From: Acidobacteriota bacterium
GTDB lineage: Bacteria; Acidobacteriota; Terriglobia; 20CM-2-55-15
Direction: 5' to 3'
Assembly: GCA_003223875.1 (NCBI GenBank)
Contig: QHWY01000082.1
Span: 1,369-65,368, forward strand
Length of the DNA: 64,000 nucleotides
Of the stretch, positions 56,220-64,000 are shown piece by piece. Under the pieces are notes generated by a model. It worked only from the letters and a program-made list of their open reading frames with translations. It ran no database searches and was not told where the DNA came from. Positions within the stretch are counted from its first letter, which is position 1, and every line of letters begins with the position of its first letter. The position numbers and the translations under genes were made by a program.

Positions 56220-57179
56220 ATGGCCGTGTATGTCGTAACGGGAGGTGGGGGGTTCATTGGATCTCATATCGTTGAAGAACTGCTTCGCCGGAGTGAAACC
56301 GTCAAAGTGATCGATAACTTCTCGACGGGCAAGCGCGAAAACGTGGAACCCTTCAAGAATCGCGCCGAGATCATTGATGCTGATATTGCCGAAGCGAAAA
56401 ACCTCGCGCGATTTCTCAAAGGAGCCGACTACGTTATCCACCAAGCAGCAATACCGTCTGTTCCGAAATCGGTTCTTGATCCCGTCAAATCGCATCACGC
56501 CAACGTCAACGGCACACTGAACTTACTGAATGCAAGCCGCGAGGCGGGCCTGAAACGGGTTGTTTACGCCTCTTCGTCTTCTTTATATGGCGACAGTCCA
56601 ACACTGCCCAAACATGAAGGCATGATGCCCAATCCTTTGTCGCCCTATGGTGCGCAGAAACTTTTCGCGGAAATTTATTGCCAGGTGTTCACTCGCGTGT
56701 ATGGGTTGGAGACGGTGTCGCTGCGCTATTTCAATGTCTTCGGCCCACGGCAGGATGCCACTTCGCAATACAGCGGCGTGCTGGCATTATTCATTCCCGC
56801 GGTGCTCGAAGACAGGCGTCCAACAATCTACGGCGATGGTCTCCAGTCGCGGGACTTCACTTACGTCCAGAACGTCGTCGAAGCGAATCTTCTTGCGTGC
56901 ACCGTCCCCGGGGTGGCGGGTCAAGTCTTTAACGTCGCGTGCGGCGACCGGATTACCGTGAATTCGATGCTTCAGCAGATCAATGAAATCTTGGGTAAAG
57001 ATGTATCGCCGATTTATGCCGATCCGCGTCTGGGCGACATCAAGCACTCACAAGCCGATATTACGCGCGCGAAGGAACATCTCGGCTATCAACCCAGGGT
57101 CAGTTTTGAGGAAGGTCTCCGGAATACCATCGAGTGGTACCGGAAGAATCTTTTGGGATCCCCCCGGCCGACTAGGTAG
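56220..57179 (+). CDS. NAD-dependent epimerase/dehydratase (UDP-sugar 4-epimerase-like SDR)
   Basis: Start MAVYVVTGGGGFIGSH (Rossmann fold). Catalytic SPYGAQK (YxxxK). The upstream part of the track ORF overlaps rnpB and a repeat. Confidence 0.9.
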   Translation: MAVYVVTGGGGFIGSHIVEELLRRSETVKVIDNFSTGKRENVEPFKNRAEIIDADIAEAKNLARFLKGADYVIHQAAIPSVPKSVLDPVKSHHANVNGTLNLLNASREAGLKRVVYASSSSLYGDSPTLPKHEGMMPNPLSPYGAQKLFAEIYCQVFTRVYGLETVSLRYFNVFGPRQDATSQYSGVLALFIPAVLEDRRPTIYGDGLQSRDFTYVQNVVEANLLACTVPGVAGQVFNVACGDRITVNSMLQQINEILGKDVSPIYADPRLGDIKHSQADITRAKEHLGYQPRVSFEEGLRNTIEWYRKNLLGSPRPTR

Positions 57180-57247
57180 TTTCTGTCTCGAAACTCATGA
57201 TTTGTCCGCTGTAGCGGCGCTCGAAGGCAGTTTCGAGACAGAAACTA
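57177..57247. repeat. Hairpin element enclosing a family-B half-site
   Basis: TAGTTTCTGTCTCGAAACT ... AGTTTCGAGACAGAAACTA (19-bp arms) around CTGTAGCGGCGCTCGAAGG. Starts at the epimerase stop codon. Confidence 0.8.
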
Positions 57248-57248
57248 G

Positions 57249-57393
57249 CTAGTGTCGTGTCCCGTAATTAACTTGACACTGTAGCGGCGGTCTATGACCG
57301 CCGACTATCTCGCAAACTGCTGTATTGTCGGCGCTCACAGAGCGCCGCTACAGTGAAGAGATCTGTCAAGTCATTTACGGGACACTACACTAG
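57249..57393. repeat. Composite: family-B palindrome (57279-57353) nested inside a second ~30-bp inverted repeat
   Basis: Outer arms CTAGTGTCGTGTCCCGTAATTAACTTGACA / TGTCAAGTCATTTACGGGACACTACACTAG, with about 27 of 30 positions complementary. The inner part is CTGTAGCGGCGGTCTATGACCGCCGAC...GGCGCTCACAGAGCGCCGCTACAG. Confidence 0.85.
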
Positions 57394-57394
57394 T

Positions 57395-58249
57395 CTACGT
57401 TTCGCTACCGCGTCTCCGGGCGATAACCGTGCGTGGAAGTCCTTGAAGATCGGTTTTCACCGGCAATTTTTCCCAACGCGCATTGAACAATTCCAAGACG
57501 CGCTCATCCATGCCTATGCCGATCTCCATCAAAAGATAGCCGCCGGCAGAGAGAACTCGCTCAGCTCCTGCGACCAAACGCCGATATACCTCGAGTTCAT
57601 CATCAGGAGAAAATAGCGCGACGTGCGGTTCGTATTCACGAACTTCGCGTTGCAGCCGATGGATGTCACCACGCCCCACGTATGGCGGGTTGCTGACAAT
57701 GAATTCGAACTGACTGACCGTGGCATCCACGACATCCATGCACATGAAACTTACGGATGCTCCCAGCGCAGAGGCATTTATGCGCGCGACCTGAAGCGCT
57801 GCCTCGGAAATGTCGCCCGCGAAGACCTCGGCCCCTGGAATTTCCAGTGCCAGTGTGACTGCAATACATCCCGATCCTGTGCCGACGTCCAAAATGCGCG
57901 GATGGGAAGCCTGGCCGGCGGCCTTGTGGATTTGGAGGACGGCTTCGACGATGTGCTCGGTCTCGGGCCGCGGAATCAGGACAGCGGGTGAGACTAGAAA
58001 GTAACGCCCATAGAATTCCTGCCGGCCGACGATGTATTGAAGGGGAACGCCATGGATCCGGTCATACACGGCTTCTTCGAGCGCCTGAATTTCCAAATCG
58101 GCAAGGACGCGTTCATCGTGAGTGTAGAGATATTCCCGCTCGACGGAGAGGCAGTGCGCTAAAAGCAATTCGGCAGAAAGGCGGGCATTCGAAACGTGGT
58201 GCACTTCAAGCCGCTCCGCGGCCGATCGAATGGCTTCGCGAATGGTCAC
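57395..58249 (-). CDS. prmC: Release factor glutamine N5-methyltransferase
   Basis: SAM motif [11 protein letters not shown] and the NPPY motif (VSNPPYV). Overlaps the prfA stop. Confidence 0.9.
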   Translation of the reverse strand: MTIREAIRSAAERLEVHHVSNARLSAELLLAHCLSVEREYLYTHDERVLADLEIQALEEAVYDRIHGVPLQYIVGRQEFYGRYFLVSPAVLIPRPETEHIVEAVLQIHKAAGQASHPRILDVGTGSGCIAVTLALEIPGAEVFAGDISEAALQVARINASALGASVSFMCMDVVDATVSQFEFIVSNPPYVGRGDIHRLQREVREYEPHVALFSPDDELEVYRRLVAGAERVLSAGGYLLMEIGIGMDERVLELFNARWEKLPVKTDLQGLPRTVIARRRGSET

Positions 58250-59349
58250 GCGGCGGCGGGATCTTCGGGGGGATTTTTCAGGCGCTCCGCCTGGAAATGC
58301 GCGGTGAGTGCATCGATGATTTCGGATATATCGCCATCCATGATGTAATCCAGGCGATGAAGCGTCAGCCCAATGCGATGATCGGTCACACGATTTTGAG
58401 GGTAGTTATACGTCCGGATCTTTTCACTGCGTTCGCCGGTGCCGACCATCGATCGGCGCTCATCCGCGACAGCCTTCTGCTGCTTCTCCATTTCGATCTC
58501 GTACAACCGTGAGCGAAGAACCCGAAGGGCTTTGGCTTTGTTTTTGATCTGCGATTTCTCATCCTGACACGACACCACAAGCCCGGTCGGAATATGCGTA
58601 ACACGAACCGCGGAATACGTGGTGTTTACCGATTGGCCGCCCGGCCCGGACGAACAGAACGTGTCGATCCGAAGATCCTTTTCGTTGATCTCGACTTCCA
58701 CTTCCTGCGCTTCCGGCAGAACAGCAACCGTGATCGTCGAGGTGTGAATGCGCCCACTGGCTTCGGTGGCGGGAACTCGCTGCACGCGGTGAACGCCGCT
58801 TTCGAACTTCAGCTTGCTGTAGGCGCCGCGGCCTTCGATCAGAGCAATAACTTCCTTGAAACCGCCAATGCCCGTGGGATTGGAAGAAAGAATTTCTACA
58901 CGCCAACGTTGAGCCTCCGCATACCGGCAGTACATTCTGAACACGTTCGCCACAAACAGAGCGGCTTCGTCGCCGCCTGTGCCCGCGCGAATTTCGAGAA
59001 TGACGTTTCGCTCGTCATTGGGGTCTTTCGGCAGAAGCAGGAGCTTGAGATCGGCCTCGCATCGGGAAAGCCGTTCTTCGAGAGCGACAAGTTCCTCATG
59101 AGCCATCGTCTTCAAGTCCGGATCGGTTTCATCGCGAACCATGGCTTCGGTTTCGCCGATTCCGCGTCTCAGATCGCTATACTCGCGGAACTTCGACACG
59201 ATTTCGCCCAGTTCGCTGTGCGTGCGGGCCGTTTTTTGGTACTTCTTGCTGTCGGAAACGATTTCCGGACTGGCCAGTTGCCGATTGAGTTCTTCGTAAC
59301 GAGTTTCGGTCGAGCGAAGTCGATCGATGAGGACGTCCGGGAGAGCCAC
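58246..59349 (-). CDS. prfA: Peptide chain release factor 1
   Basis: PAT tripeptide (RVPATE) and GGQ (GPGGQSVNT). Confidence 0.97.
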   Translation of the reverse strand: MALPDVLIDRLRSTETRYEELNRQLASPEIVSDSKKYQKTARTHSELGEIVSKFREYSDLRRGIGETEAMVRDETDPDLKTMAHEELVALEERLSRCEADLKLLLLPKDPNDERNVILEIRAGTGGDEAALFVANVFRMYCRYAEAQRWRVEILSSNPTGIGGFKEVIALIEGRGAYSKLKFESGVHRVQRVPATEASGRIHTSTITVAVLPEAQEVEVEINEKDLRIDTFCSSGPGGQSVNTTYSAVRVTHIPTGLVVSCQDEKSQIKNKAKALRVLRSRLYEIEMEKQQKAVADERRSMVGTGERSEKIRTYNYPQNRVTDHRIGLTLHRLDYIMDGDISEIIDALTAHFQAERLKNPPEDPAAA

Positions 59350-59351
59350 TA

Positions 59352-60320
59352 TTACACCGTCAGTGCTTCTTCGAGCGCGCGAATGGCAATCTCGAGCTGC
59401 GTCTCGTCAGGCTCCTTTGTCGTGATCTTTTGAAGCAGCAGACCGGGAAAGGTGACTAAGCGAAGCAGACTCTTCGGATGTTTCGCGGAATAGCGGATGA
59501 TTTCGTACGAGATTCCGGCGATCAGAGGAAGCAGCGCGATGCGCGACAAAAGTTTCCCGGCGAACGAGTCGAAGTGCGCGAGCGAGAAGACCAGAATACT
59601 CACGATCATCACCACCAGCATAAAACTGGTCCCGCAGCGCGGATGCAGCGTCGAAAATTTCTTCGCGTTTGCGACTTTCAAATCTTCGCGGGCTTCGAAG
59701 TTGTACACGGTCTTGTGTTCTGCGCCGTGGTATTGGAAGACGCGGTTCATGTCTTTCATCCACGACACCATGTACAAAAACCCGACAAAAACGAGAACTC
59801 GGAAAATTCCGTCAATGCCGTTGAAGAGAATCGAACTCTTGAACCCGATCTCGGTCTGAAGCACGCGCGTGATGAAGAGCGGCAACGCCACAAAGAGCAA
59901 GACATTGATACCCAGCGCCAAGACAAGATTACCTGCGATCAGCCAGGAGGAAACCTGACTTGGATCTTTTTTGACGTCCTTGGCCTCGCTCTGTCTTTTT
60001 GCATCTTCCCCGGCAAGAGCTTCTTCGGCTGAAAAGCGAAGAGCGCGGATACCGAGAACGAGTGCTTGCGCGAGAACACCAACGCCGCGCACGAGCGGCA
60101 GCTTAAAGAATTTGAATTTTTCGCCAAGGCTGAGCAGGGCGTCTTTCAGGATACGGACGGTTCCGTCCTGCCGGCGGACAGCGACCGAGTAGCCTTTGGG
60201 AGAGCGCATCATGACGCCTTCGATGACAGCCTGGCCTCCCACGAGAATTTCATCGTCGCTCGAACTGAGGGCCCACGATGTAGCGGTAAAGAGGAGATGT
60301 TTTGTATGTTTCAGAGTCAA
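59352..60320 (-). CDS. DUF1385 domain-containing membrane protein
   Basis: [17 protein letters not shown] near the N-terminus, plus a multi-TM C-terminal half. The track ORF (to 60554) runs through rpmE, so the start is trimmed to a TTG at 60320; the start is uncertain. Confidence 0.7.
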   Translation of the reverse strand: MTLKHTKHLLFTATSWALSSSDDEILVGGQAVIEGVMMRSPKGYSVAVRRQDGTVRILKDALLSLGEKFKFFKLPLVRGVGVLAQALVLGIRALRFSAEEALAGEDAKRQSEAKDVKKDPSQVSSWLIAGNLVLALGINVLLFVALPLFITRVLQTEIGFKSSILFNGIDGIFRVLVFVGFLYMVSWMKDMNRVFQYHGAEHKTVYNFEAREDLKVANAKKFSTLHPRCGTSFMLVVMIVSILVFSLAHFDSFAGKLLSRIALLPLIAGISYEIIRYSAKHPKSLLRLVTFPGLLLQKITTKEPDETQLEIAIRALEEALTV

Positions 60321-60331
60321 TGCGCTATGCC

Positions 60332-60538
60332 TCAAGAAGTCTTCTTGTATTTTCTTTGGAATCGTTCTACACGGCCGGCGGTATCGACGAGTTTTTGTTT
60401 GCCGGTAAAGAAAGGATGACATTTTGAACAGATTTCCAGGTGGATCTCCGCCTTCGTTGAGCGCGTTCGGAACGTCTCGCCGCAAGCGCATCGGACGATC
60501 GTCTCGACGTAGTTCGGATGTATGTTTGCCTTCATCAA
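60332..60538 (-). CDS. rpmE: 50S ribosomal protein L31 (zinc-binding type)
   Basis: MKANIHPNY...RCACGE...[12 protein letters not shown]. Confidence 0.95.
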   Translation of the reverse strand: MMKANIHPNYVETIVRCACGETFRTRSTKAEIHLEICSKCHPFFTGKQKLVDTAGRVERFQRKYKKTS

Positions 60539-60770
60539 GCCTCCAAAGAACCATTATTATACCTTTTCCCGTTTGATTTCGCCTAGGTCATTGACTATAG
60601 TACTTCGGTCCATCAAAGCCGCTACCCGGTAAGGACATCGTGTGCTCTCAGACATCCCTCCGATGTGCTCTCGATATCTCACCGTCAGTTCCCGGTCGAG
60701 CGGTTGCAATGGATCAGAAAATTGGTTACCGTACCTAGCTTGCAATTAGTCCCAGGAGGAAACAATAACA

Positions 60771-62516
60771 ATGGTTAACGAACCCGGAAAATTGGCCGGA
60801 GCACATCGCGCCCGCGAGAAGGAGAGGGTCGCCGGTCAATTTGCAGTTCCACAACGAGAGGAGGAAGAAAACTACGAAAAGCTTCTAGACCAGTATGGCG
60901 CCCGCAAATTCGCGGAAGGCGAAGTAATGAAGGGCATGGTTCTGAAGATCACGGATACCGATGTGATCGTCGATATCGGATATAAATCCGAAGGTGTCAT
61001 TCCGGTTACGCAATTCATCGATCCGAATGGGCAACTGACGATAAAGGTCGGCGACGTCATCGATGTGCTGCTCGAAGATACCGAAGATATGGAAGGGCAC
61101 ATTGTGCTCTCCAAAGAAAAAGCCGAAAAGGTGAAGGTTTGGGAAGAAGTCGAAAGGGCATATAACGAAAACAGCATCATTCGCGGCCGTGTCGTGGAGC
61201 GCATCAAAGGAGGATTATCCGTCGACATCGGGATTCGTGCCTTTCTTCCCGGTTCACAGATCGACGTGCGGCCCGTCAAGAATCTCGACGCTTTCAGGGG
61301 CAAGGAGATTGAATGCCGCGTCATCAAACTGAACCGCAAGCGGGGCAATATTGTGCTCTCGCGAAAACTCGTGCTGGAGAACGAGCAGGCGCGAAAAAAA
61401 GCCTTCACATTAGAAGTTCTCAAAGAAGATGCCGAAGTGCGGGGCATCGTGAAAAACATTACGGATTACGGCGTATTCGTCGATTTGGGCGGCATCGATG
61501 GGCTGCTTCATGTGACGGACCTCTCGTGGGGCCGCGTTAATCATCCTTCCGAAATGTTCAATGTCGGTGATGAGATCACCGTAAAGATCCTCAAATACGA
61601 TCGCGAAAAGGAACGAGTATCCCTGGGCTACAAGCAACTCACTCCGGATCCCTGGACGCTTGTCCGCCAAGTGTACCCGGTGGGTGCCCGAGTTACGGGA
61701 AAAGTCGTGAACCTGACCGACTACGGCGCCTTTGTGGAACTGGAGCCCGGCGTCGAAGGACTGATTCACGTTTCCGAAATGTCGTGGAGTAAACGCGTGA
61801 AGCATCCCTCCAAGCTGCTTCAGATCGGGCAAGACGTCGAAGCCGTCATCCTCGATGTGGATCTGGAGAACCGCCGGATCTCTTTGGGACTCAAACAAAC
61901 CGAGCCTGACCCGTGGAGCACACTGGCGGAACGCTACGCGATCGGGTCTGTGATCAGCGGCCGTGTTCGCAATCTGACCGACTTCGGCGCTTTCATTGAA
62001 GTCGAAGAGGGGATTGACGGGCTTGTTCACGTTTCCGATATTTCTCCGCGGCGAATCAAGCATCCTTCCGAGGTATTGAAAAAAGGAGAACGCGTTGAGG
62101 CGGTGATCCTCAATATCGATACGGACAATCATCGATTGTCCCTTGGGATTAAGCAGCTACAGCCAGATGTGTGGGAACAGTTCTTCACCAATCATGTTGT
62201 CGGCGATCTGGTTCGCGGCCGCATCGTTCGCCACGCTCCGTTTGGGGTTTTCGTCGAGTTGGATGAGGGCCTGGAAGGTCTGTGTCATGTGTCGGAGCTC
62301 GACGAAGCCGACCGTCAAAATGTCGAACAGCGTTTCAAATTGGGCGACGAAGCCGAGTTCAAGATCATCAAGATGAGCCCGAATGAACATAAAATCGGGC
62401 TGAGTCATAAAGCCATTGCCGAGGAGGCGGAACGCCGCGAATACGATTCCTATCGCGACGGCGCCGACGGCACGGCGACTCTGGCGGATTTGTTCCACGC
62501 GAAAGATAACAGCTAG
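60771..62516 (+). CDS. rpsA: 30S ribosomal protein S1
   Basis: 581 aa with six S1 repeats (recurring G.V..I..+GAFV.L..G+.GL+H+SE/D). Confidence 0.95.
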   Translation: MVNEPGKLAGAHRAREKERVAGQFAVPQREEEENYEKLLDQYGARKFAEGEVMKGMVLKITDTDVIVDIGYKSEGVIPVTQFIDPNGQLTIKVGDVIDVLLEDTEDMEGHIVLSKEKAEKVKVWEEVERAYNENSIIRGRVVERIKGGLSVDIGIRAFLPGSQIDVRPVKNLDAFRGKEIECRVIKLNRKRGNIVLSRKLVLENEQARKKAFTLEVLKEDAEVRGIVKNITDYGVFVDLGGIDGLLHVTDLSWGRVNHPSEMFNVGDEITVKILKYDREKERVSLGYKQLTPDPWTLVRQVYPVGARVTGKVVNLTDYGAFVELEPGVEGLIHVSEMSWSKRVKHPSKLLQIGQDVEAVILDVDLENRRISLGLKQTEPDPWSTLAERYAIGSVISGRVRNLTDFGAFIEVEEGIDGLVHVSDISPRRIKHPSEVLKKGERVEAVILNIDTDNHRLSLGIKQLQPDVWEQFFTNHVVGDLVRGRIVRHAPFGVFVELDEGLEGLCHVSELDEADRQNVEQRFKLGDEAEFKIIKMSPNEHKIGLSHKAIAEEAERREYDSYRDGADGTATLADLFHAKDNS

Positions 62517-62532
62517 GCTCGATCCATTTAAA

Positions 62533-63426
62533 ATGCGACATCGCATGTTCATATGGCTCCTCCTTGGTGGAGGAGCCTTCGTCCTTTTGGCAGTCGCTTT
62601 GGTCGCGGTGATGCTGACGTTCAGCGGCGACGATGGAACGGATCTCGCGTTTTCCGACAGGATTCAGGTCGTCGACTTGGACGGCGAGTTGGTGGAATCG
62701 CGTCCGATCCTGGATCAATTGAAACGCTACGAAGATTCCAATTCCGTCAAAGCGATTCTGTTGAATATCGATTCGCCCGGCGGCGGGGTCGCCGTGTCCC
62801 AAGAGATCTATACCGAGATCAAGCGGCTGCGGGACAAAAAAGACAAAGTCGTCATCGCTTACCTTTCTTCCACCGGCGCTTCCGGCGCATACTACGTCGC
62901 CTGCGCGGCCAACAAAATTGTCGCAAATCCTGGAACTATTGTAGGAAGCATCGGAGTAATTGCAGAATGGGTCAACTATGCTGATTTGATGCAATGGGCG
63001 AAGCTGAAAGACATTGTTTTCAAGACCGGCGAATTCAAGGACACGGGTTCACCGTCGCGGGCGTTGACGGAAAACGAGAAAAAGTATTTTCAAGGCCTGA
63101 TCGATGATATGTACGTACAATTTGTCGAGGCTGTCGCCTCCGGCAGGAAGTTGGATTTACCGGAAGTGCGTTCTCTCGCCGATGGCCGTGTGTTCACCGG
63201 AAGGGACGCGAAAGCGCGGAAATTAATCGACGAGATCGGCAATTTCCAGGATGCCGTGGATCTCACTGCCAAGCTCGCGGGGATTTCCGGCAAGCCGCGT
63301 TTGATTCGCCTGAGCCGCCGGCGCGTTACTTTATTGGATGTGTTGACAACGGACCTGTCGCGATTTGTGCCGTTCAATGGACAAAGCATGAAGTCGCAGA
63401 TCAAATTTCAATACATTTGGAAATGA
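62533..63426 (+). CDS. sppA: Signal peptide peptidase SppA, 36K type
   Basis: Start MRHRMFIWLLLGGGAFVLL (TM helix). Motifs NIDSPGGGV and GSIGVI, plus the family C-terminal region. Confidence 0.85.
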   Translation: MRHRMFIWLLLGGGAFVLLAVALVAVMLTFSGDDGTDLAFSDRIQVVDLDGELVESRPILDQLKRYEDSNSVKAILLNIDSPGGGVAVSQEIYTEIKRLRDKKDKVVIAYLSSTGASGAYYVACAANKIVANPGTIVGSIGVIAEWVNYADLMQWAKLKDIVFKTGEFKDTGSPSRALTENEKKYFQGLIDDMYVQFVEAVASGRKLDLPEVRSLADGRVFTGRDAKARKLIDEIGNFQDAVDLTAKLAGISGKPRLIRLSRRRVTLLDVLTTDLSRFVPFNGQSMKSQIKFQYIWK

Positions 63427-63472
63427 ATCTGGCGTGGGGCTCCACGCTAAGTAGAACGGGAGAGAATCAATC

Positions 63473-63808
63473 ATGACCAAAGCAGACCTGGTGGAAGAAG
63501 TTTCCCGGGTTACCGAGCTCACTCGAAAAGATTCAGAGGTCATTGTTGACACTTTGTTCGAGAGCGTGATTAAAGCATTGAAGAACGGCGACAAGCTTGA
63601 AGTTCGCGGCTTCGGGAGTTTTCGTGTCCGGCAGCGAAACGCGCGCGTCGGGCGCAACCCCAAAACCGGCGAAAAGGTCGAGGTGCCCGCAAAGCGCGTC
63701 CCTTACTTCAAACCAAGCAAGGAACTGAAGGACCTTATCAACGACGGCACGGCCGCGTCCTCGTCATCGCCGCCGCCGTCCGGCCCCGCAGGTCCAACTA
63801 CTCCGTAA
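63473..63808 (+). CDS. HU/IHF-family DNA-bending protein (IHF-like) with a Ser/Pro-rich tail
   Basis: RGFGSFRVRQRNARVGRNPKTGEKVEVPAKRVPYFKPSKEL. C-terminal tail AASSSSPPPSGPAGPTTP. Confidence 0.9.
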   Translation: MTKADLVEEVSRVTELTRKDSEVIVDTLFESVIKALKNGDKLEVRGFGSFRVRQRNARVGRNPKTGEKVEVPAKRVPYFKPSKELKDLINDGTAASSSSPPPSGPAGPTTP

Positions 63809-63809
63809 T

Positions 63810-64000
63810 ATGGATTTCATCTGGAGTCCCTGGCGCTACGATTACCTGGCGTCAGCGGGCAAGGAACCTCCTTCGTGTGTCTTCTGTGTCGGAGAAGATC
63901 GAAGCCGCGACGCCGACAGACTCGTCGTGTTTCGCGGCGCACACAATTTCATTATCCTGAACCTGTTTCCATACACGTCGGGCCATACGATGGTAGCACC
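63810..64000 (+). CDS. HIT-family (histidine triad) protein, N-terminal part; runs off the window
   Basis: My own translation gives MDFIWSPWRYDYLASAGKEPPSCVFCVGEDRSRDADRLVVFRGAHNFIILNLFPYTSGHTMVA. The open frame continues to the window end and is not in the ORF track because no stop is reached. Confidence 0.65.
   Translation, partial: MDFIWSPWRYDYLASAGKEPPSCVFCVGEDRSRDADRLVVFRGAHNFIILNLFPYTSGHTMVA

Overview
This 64-kb window is a chromosomal segment of a diderm bacterium: BamD, Mla, a Lol-like locus, TonB and LspA are all present. Gene content and repeat style suggest Acidobacteriota, but that is only a guess. About 80% is densely packed housekeeping. This includes a complete nitrogen-signalling cluster (glnD, glnB, glnE, glnA), mlaFED, greA, aroC-def-fmt-(PASTA)-rpe, bamD, valS, nadC-birA-coaX, a peptide-type ABC importer, ileS, recA, thiolase/hbd, tonB, lspA-rluD, RNase P RNA, prfA-prmC, rpmE, rpsA, sppA and an IHF-like gene. 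One tRNA (Phe-GAA) and one ncRNA (rnpB) are supported. No rRNA, CRISPR array, transposase or integrase was seen. There are two accessory stretches. (1) 33.1-42.5 kb is a periplasmic redox neighbourhood: a PQQ dehydrogenase carrying the lanthanide-type DYD signature, a di-haem cytochrome c, a DUF6152 protein, secreted unknowns, a lactonase, an orphan response regulator without a phospho-acceptor Asp, a proline-repeat protein and a DUF3300 protein. (2) 42.5-45.3 kb abuts the 3' end of tRNA-Phe. It holds a phage-type DUF5131 gene broken by an apparent inversion, a phased array of six TTTTCGAC octamers, and an intact Fic gene. The least explained structure is an exact-register 10 x 41-bp tandem array of imperfect palindromes between mlaE and aroC. 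Three families of intergenic palindromic (REP/MITE-like) elements occupy most intergenic gaps and generate many spurious ORFs; one copy appears to encode a signal peptide. CDS coordinates come from the ORF track. Coordinates of non-CDS features were counted by hand and may be off by 1-2 bp.
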